A stretch of DNA of 64,000 nucleotides from Chrysomallon squamiferum (Eukaryota > Animalia > Mollusca), in contig CM022672.1 in NCBI GenBank assembly GCA_012295275.1, positions 10,912,001-10,976,000 on the forward strand, in the 5' to 3' direction. Below are positions 57,332 to 64,000 of this stretch, piece by piece. Position 1 is the stretch's first letter. The number at the start of each line of letters is the position of its first letter. The position numbers and the translations under genes were made by a program. The notes beneath the pieces were generated by a model. It was not told the DNA's origin. It did not search any database and was given only the letters and a program-made list of their open reading frames with translations.

Positions 57332-60300
57332 TAATTATAATAAAAAATGGTACTGTTCCCATTTTAAGAAAGTCGAATACAAATGGTAGATTCTCAGTCA
57401 GTAATAAAAAAAAAAATTGTACATTACTTACAGAACATGTTATATTATGTATGAATTATAAAATTTTATTATCCAATAGATTATTAAAAAACAAACAAAA
57501 AAAAAAAAATAAAAAAAAATACTACTATTAATATTAAAACAAAAAGCTTTTTCTTAAGTTAGAATAACCTTACAATGTCTATTTTGTACAGGTTATTACT
57601 AACAGGTCTCAGTTTCATTTTCATATAGTATTATAATTTGCACACTTTAATACAGAAAACACACACAAAAAAAAAAAAAAGGCAAGAAAATTATAATACA
57701 ATTTTTTTGTTTTTGTTTCTTGCTACATGTCCAATTTACTTTGTTCAACATCCAGTAACTTGGTAAATTTCTACTGATTTCAGTAATTCTCTGGTTAAAA
57801 AAGTATATAAAACCCAGCATACTACATGAGTAATACTCAATGTTAGTAAATAATATGATAATACACACATAATATTGATTTTAAACTTGTTGAAACTTTG
57901 TGGACCAATTCAGCTGCCATAATGTGCAAATTGTTTTTGTTTTTTTAAAAAGATGTGGTTATTTCATAATGGTTTTTCTAAATGACATTAAGATTTTGTT
58001 ACATGTGTTTAAAACAAACAACCCCCGCCCAAATACAATGTAAGCAGACAAGAAGACTGTAAAAAAAAAAAAAAAAAAAGAAACTCAGTAAAATGTTCAT
58101 AAATGTTATTGCTGTATTTTGAAACTGGATGTGTTAAATATATTATACAAATTATTTTAAGAAAAACAAAACAAAATTATCTGACATTCAAAAAGACTTG
58201 TTATATTTTTAGCTATGTCTATGTATGCATACACACATATATATTAGTTGACTACATACATGTATGTTTTATGTAAAATTTCAGTATTTATAATAAAACA
58301 TTCAAATTCTGGTCTCATAAAATATAAAACCATGTGGATTAATCCAATTCCAAGATCTGAGGACAAACTATTTAACATCAAGGTAAAACTGTTGCAAGGA
58401 AACATGGCACAATGAACTGTAAATTCATTAGCTGATTTATTTCTTAAAAACCTTTGTTTATTGCGTGAACCAACATTTTAACAATACTACTCTCTCCATA
58501 ATGTTCACAAGGAATTTAACTAATGGTAGACATTATTGTGTAAAGCTGCATTTATCAAAACAGAATTAAATTGATGTATCAAAAGGAGACTTTATAACAA
58601 ATAAATACAAAACCATATATATTTGCTAACACATTGTTTTAAACAATTTTTACACATAAACAATTACCTTCATCATTGTTGAACAAATGAATCAAAGAAC
58701 AGTAACTAAAATGATTCTTGTTTCTCCAAATTTTTAAAATATGATATATTTAATTTTTTATTTAATTTTGCTCCATCAATATGGTTGATTAATTTGTGAT
58801 ACATTTTTGTTATCTATAAATTATAAAATATAATGTTTTATTATCTGCATTTTCTTGGCTAATGATGAAGAAAGATATATAATTGTAGTTTTTAATAAAC
58901 CATACACTGCTATGTATAATTAAATATATTTAAAATAAAAATATTGCAGTAATTTATCTAGAAATGCATACTGTTTTCATTTGCTAACATATCAGATTAA
59001 AACTATAAAATAATAGTCAACTGAAAACAATATTTGTTATTAATTTTAGACTTATTTTTAAAGATATTTTTTCCAGTCTAAGCATTCCTGAAATTAACTT
59101 CAGAGGTGTCTGAATGGTTATTCATAAATAAAATATTTTTGGTATCTTTTATAAATATTACCTATACTGAATCTGATTGTCTATTTTTAAAAATGATTCT
59201 TGACAACCAAATAATCAACTAGTCTAAATATCTAATTGTTCAATTCTAAAAGTAGTTCTTTAAAAGGAAAATATAACTAAAGCTTGAAAAAAAAAAAGGT
59301 TAAAAAAACATTTACTTTAAAAATTTTAATGCTACTGCAGTGAAATATCACTGATACAAAAATAACAAGAAGAAATGATTTTTGCACATTTCCCAACTTA
59401 AAATGATCCTTTAATCTCCAAAGAGTCCAAAATATTTAATCCCACAGGTTTCACAGAAACTATTGAATTTTTAATATCTATTTTTTTTCCTTTTCCAATA
59501 CATATACAAATATCTGATTAATTTCAGAATGATTTTGTAAGCATAAAAGCCAATATATTATTAACTGGCACAAACGCTTTAAAACAAAACATTTTGCCCA
59601 AAGTTTATGAAGCAAATATCTCTTTCATATAAACAAGATGGAGTTAAAATATTATTCTAAATATGAAAAGTCCTGTGAAGTGAAGATAAAATACAAGAAG
59701 CTGTAACAGGTAATGAGAAAATCACTAGGTTTCACTAACAATCAAACCGTATTTCATTTTAATCAGATGATACATTAACCAATAAAGTCAGTGTCATGTC
59801 AAATACAATAAAAGTTTATGAACTGACTTGTTAATATTTCCTTTTTCTTGATTCATCAAACTCTAGACAAATGTCCCTGTTTACTCTTCTTAATTTGCAA
59901 CTGCTGCAATCTTCAAACAGCTGTTACGAACAATTTAAAAAAAAATAAAAGAAACAAAAAAGGTATTAAAAATACCATTTCCCAGTTTTGACTTTCTACA
60001 GTATACTGATGAACTTAAAACATCTCCTGAGAAAAACTGAATTTATATATTCTCCAATATAAATCTAGCTTGTGATAAATTTCACTCTGTAACAATCACA
60101 CTGTAATTAAAATGCAATAGCACTATAATATATATTTTTGTCTATGTTATATACAATTCAGTGTGCGTTACATTGAGAATACATCAAAATATTAAGAAAA
60201 ATATGAATCACAATTTGTTGTGGTAATTAACAAAAGAAGAAAAGAAAAGAAAAAAAAAAAAAATCCACCAAAGTGAGCAAAATATTTACAGATCATTCAT

Positions 60301-61130
60301 ATTGACAGAAATTGTTATTTAAAATGTCCTCATCTATCAAAATGTTTGTTTAAAAGTACGCTAACCAATCAGACTATATGTTACAATTTGACAATGTATT
60401 GTTCATAATGACAAAAGAGACAGAAATATCATAAACAAGTTTGCTGGCAATAATTTTAAAGATTTATATATATATAACATATCTTTTTGTCAAGGCATTG
60501 TAATACAAATCAAACAACTGCTGCTATATATATGTATGCAAGTCAAACACTTCTCATAACTCGTTAACAAATACAAAATAGTATATTCTTTAGGTTACTG
60601 ACAACTTCAAGCAGACAAGGCTTTTTCTCACCTCAAAATGACATAAAAAAGAAAACCCTCACAAGTGTTAAACCAAACAAATGGACTATAAAAAAATGAA
60701 ATCTAAATAATAATAATTGCAACCCACTACACAATATTCACACAATAAAACATGTGCAATACAACCTCTGTGTATGCAAAACTGCATCCACTACTGACGC
60801 CATCTAACAGTGTCAAATGGTGCTCACACAATATACATTAATCTGAGAAAGCTTGTTACTCAACTACTGAAAACACATCTTCCAGAAATCTGGACGTTTA
60901 TATTATTTTTCTTCACTGAACAGAGTTGAAGCATTTCTTTGAATGGAAATCTTCGCCTGAAGAAGGATCAACAAGGTTTTAGTGCAACCTCTCTTTCAGC
61001 TGTTGCCCATTAATGGACTTTTCTCTCCATCCTTAAGATCCACTCTGCACCTCTGTTGTAACAATTTCAGCACAATTCTGCACATTATTTGTTCAAAACC
61101 GAACCCTGGTAGGGCCATCCTGGCAATGCC

Positions 61131-63461
61131 TCAGTGTGGTTCATTTTGTCGTTTCTGTTTCTGTTGCTCTAACAGACGTTCCAATGGTGAAGGAGCAGAA
61201 GCATTCCAAATTGACTGAAATTAAAAACATGTTTTACTGGTTTGAATTGACAAATCACATTTCAGAAAATATTTAAACTTGGAACTGAATGTATCAGCTA
61301 TATCATACAACAATTTGATCCTAAAAATAATTTATCATTCTTATTTTTTTCTTTCAATCAAATCAGGTCAAGCTGATGCTTTCTCAAACTATTATCATGA
61401 AGTTTGTATAATACACGCACAAAAGTAATAATTCAGAAAAAGGTTCAGATTAGCATCAGGAAATGTTTTAAAAAACTAAATCAATTATTTGTATGCTGTT
61501 ATGTCAGAGTGTCTAATTTAGTACAAGGCTGAGATACCTGGATGCTGTTTAAGTATTGATTGTTGTCGTCGTGATGCTGGTTTTCACTGGGGCCCTGAGC
61601 GCCCCAGTGTGCGTCACTGGAACTGAATCGCAGGCCGAGGTCAAAGGCCGGTGTTCCGGTCGATGCTGGCTCCAAGCTGTGTTCTGGTGAGTTGCGGATG
61701 CTGCTGGCCGCCGATGAAAACGGAGAGGAGCCCAGACCTGAAAATTATGAGTATAAGTTTTTGTTAACAAATGTACTTGTTTAAGGAAGCCTCGGTACTG
61801 TGAATTATTAGATTTCAGTTTTGCTTAAAAATGGATGATATATGATGATACAACAGTTGACAGAAAGAGATCTTCAAACAGAAACAGGAAAAGAAAAAAC
61901 TGGGTTGGCACAAAAGCACTTCACATTTTTTTGAGTGTAATTCAAGGACAACATTTAGATATTTGTACAGAGATTAGCTTAACAACACATATATAATTTT
62001 GTATGTACGATATGTGTTTCTGTCACATTTGAACCAAAATCAGCATTAAGCTCTAACCATTTAGTAATATGTACAATACAAATGCATCTAATTCCAAAAG
62101 CTTTTGTAAAGACATCTCTTCTCAGAATATTTTTTTTGAATGAAATTGTAACAAGCCTAATATTCCTTCACTAAATGAATATAAATAATAAAATTAATTA
62201 TAATACTAAAAGTAATAATAATAATAACAACAGAAATCACAAAACTAATTAATAATGATCCCATTATAATCACAGTAATAATTAATAACAATGATATCAA
62301 AAGTAAAAACAATAACCATAATGATAATGACGAAGATAATTCTAATTAATGATGATAATGATGATGATGATGATGATGATAAAATAATAATAATCAATAA
62401 TAATAACAATAAAGAAATAAAAACAGTCATAATGACAATAATAATAAGATGTTGATGATGATGATGATAACAATAATAAATATTACTTACTTTTGGAATC
62501 ACTTGCTGCTGAGATAGGAACAGCCCAGGGAGAATTGCTGAACAGAGAGTAAACTCCAGGCTGTGATGATGCCTGTGACTCTGTTTTGTTTGAACTTTCT
62601 GTCTCCCTGAAAAACACAGTGTTTCATTGTCGTTCAGTGTAACATCAAATCCACATAGATTTTTATTTATCATTCACTTAAAATATTATCTGAATTCCTG
62701 TTTTCATTAAAGATAATTCAATGTAATCCCTTGAATCCGATAGAATTAAAATGATTAACTTTTTCCTTCTATCCAAATGTCAGTCTGTTCATATATTAAA
62801 TTTTAATATTACATTTTAAATTCTGTATGTATAGAATATGGAATTTAATAGTAAAATGAATCAGTAAAAAGAAGCATAAATATTCAATTATTCTAAAAAA
62901 AATAAAAAAATAAAAATTTTGGATGCATTATCCACAATTGTGCTATATTTTCTTACCTTCTTTCTGGATAATAGCCACCAGGCTTAGGGGTTCCCTGGAA
63001 CAGAAGCAAATTATTTGACATTTTAATATTTAAAAATTGAGTTTTAAGAATCCCTGTACAAAGATTTAGATAATAGATACTTAAAGTAATTACAATAATT
63101 AATAATAATAATGATGATGATGATGATGATGATAAATAAAAATTAAAAAAAATATATCATATTCATAATTAAGGCATAAACATTTATTGTATGTACATTA
63201 ATCATTTAACAGTCTTAATTTATTTTTTACTACAAAACAACAACAAAAGTAATAATAATAATAACAGGATAAAATGTTGTAAATATTTTTTTTAAATTAT
63301 ACATACTTCAGCATGTCCTTGAAAAGAGGAGTTCAGACGCTGTTCTTGAAATGATGGTCTTGGAGGCTGCAGACAGAAATATAATCCATCAGTACTGTTA
63401 GTGCACATATACACTTATAAATAAAAATCTAAACTCCAATAAAAAAATAATAGATTAAAAA

Positions 63462-63501
<40 letters not shown>

Positions 63502-64000
63502 TCTTTGGTAGAAGGAAAAAGTTAGAGAATATCTTGCATTACTGAAGACAATTCAAACTTATAAATAAATTTGAACACCTTTTTTTTTTTTTTTTTTTTT
63601 TTTTAGATAAAACAAAGAATTGAAAACAGTAAAACAGAAAAAAATGAAAACTGCTCTTCACCTGTATTGCCAGTGGGCTGAATCCCAAAAACATATTTAG
63701 ATGTGACTGGCTGTCAGTGCTTGATGGAGGCGGGGTCTGTTTGAAAGAGGGTGGAGCCATCGGACTGCCTTGATTGGACATTCCTCCAAATCCTGCTGAA
63801 CCACCAAGAACTGGGATTCCTGTTTTCAGAGCAGACATCTGATTTGGCTGTTTGTCTTTTGGTGATGTCTGTGCACGTTCGGTTCCAGGGGCCTGCTGGA
63901 AATGAGGATGATGCAGAGGTGGAGGTTGTTGTTTTATCTGGGAGCTGAGACCTTGCTGTTGTTGTTGACTGGATTTTACAAACTGCTGCTGCTGAGCATT
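61131..64000 (-). CDS. SMG7: Nonsense-mediated decay factor SMG7, C-terminal low-complexity region (5' part lies outside the window)
   Basis: Phase-consistent exons 64000-63662 (partial), 63366-63307, 62994-62957, 62606-62491, 61737-61538 and 61214-61131 (TGA). The protein is Q/P/S-rich; YSLFSNSPW...SSPFSSAASS.RNSP and the terminal SIWNASAPSPLERLLEQQKQKRQNEPH* match my recollection of the vertebrate SMG7 end (SLFEGTPW...; SIWSS...GPSALEQLLMQQKQK...PPH). The TPR domain is not in the window. Confidence 0.82.

Noticed and set aside
60996-61130. 44 open codons in frame after the SMG7 TGA (possible readthrough)
   Set aside because: The context is TGA-G rather than the leaky TGA-C, the peptide is not recognisable, and the annotated stop matches the conserved C-terminus.

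Overview
AT-rich, intron-rich animal genomic DNA, most likely lophotrochozoan/molluscan (inferred from the HR39 gene, DBH features and repeat content; not proven). Five protein-coding genes can be assembled by hand from GT-AG junctions and reading phase. (1) + strand, 5'-incomplete, 377-21055: a 31-exon mosaic type-I receptor with >=10 two-exon group-A SRCR domains, a six-bladed YWTD propeller, EGF, CCP-HYR-CCP-CCP, a TM helix and a tail with DNPVY. It carries an apparent 1-nt frameshift near 13758-13760. (2) + strand, 25055-33212: a 12-exon dopamine/tyramine beta-hydroxylase (587 aa). (3) - strand, 40337-43956: an HR39/NR5B nuclear receptor (634 aa) with a probable non-coding first exon surrounded by NR5-type response elements. 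(4) - strand, 50177-56364: GTF3C5 (508 aa). (5) - strand, 61131-64000: the 3' end of SMG7. Introns carry several minisatellites, degenerate RTE LINE ends, MITE-like relics and a decayed copy of a DBH exon. No tRNA, rRNA or CRISPR array is supported. All coordinates were counted manually and no database search was run.
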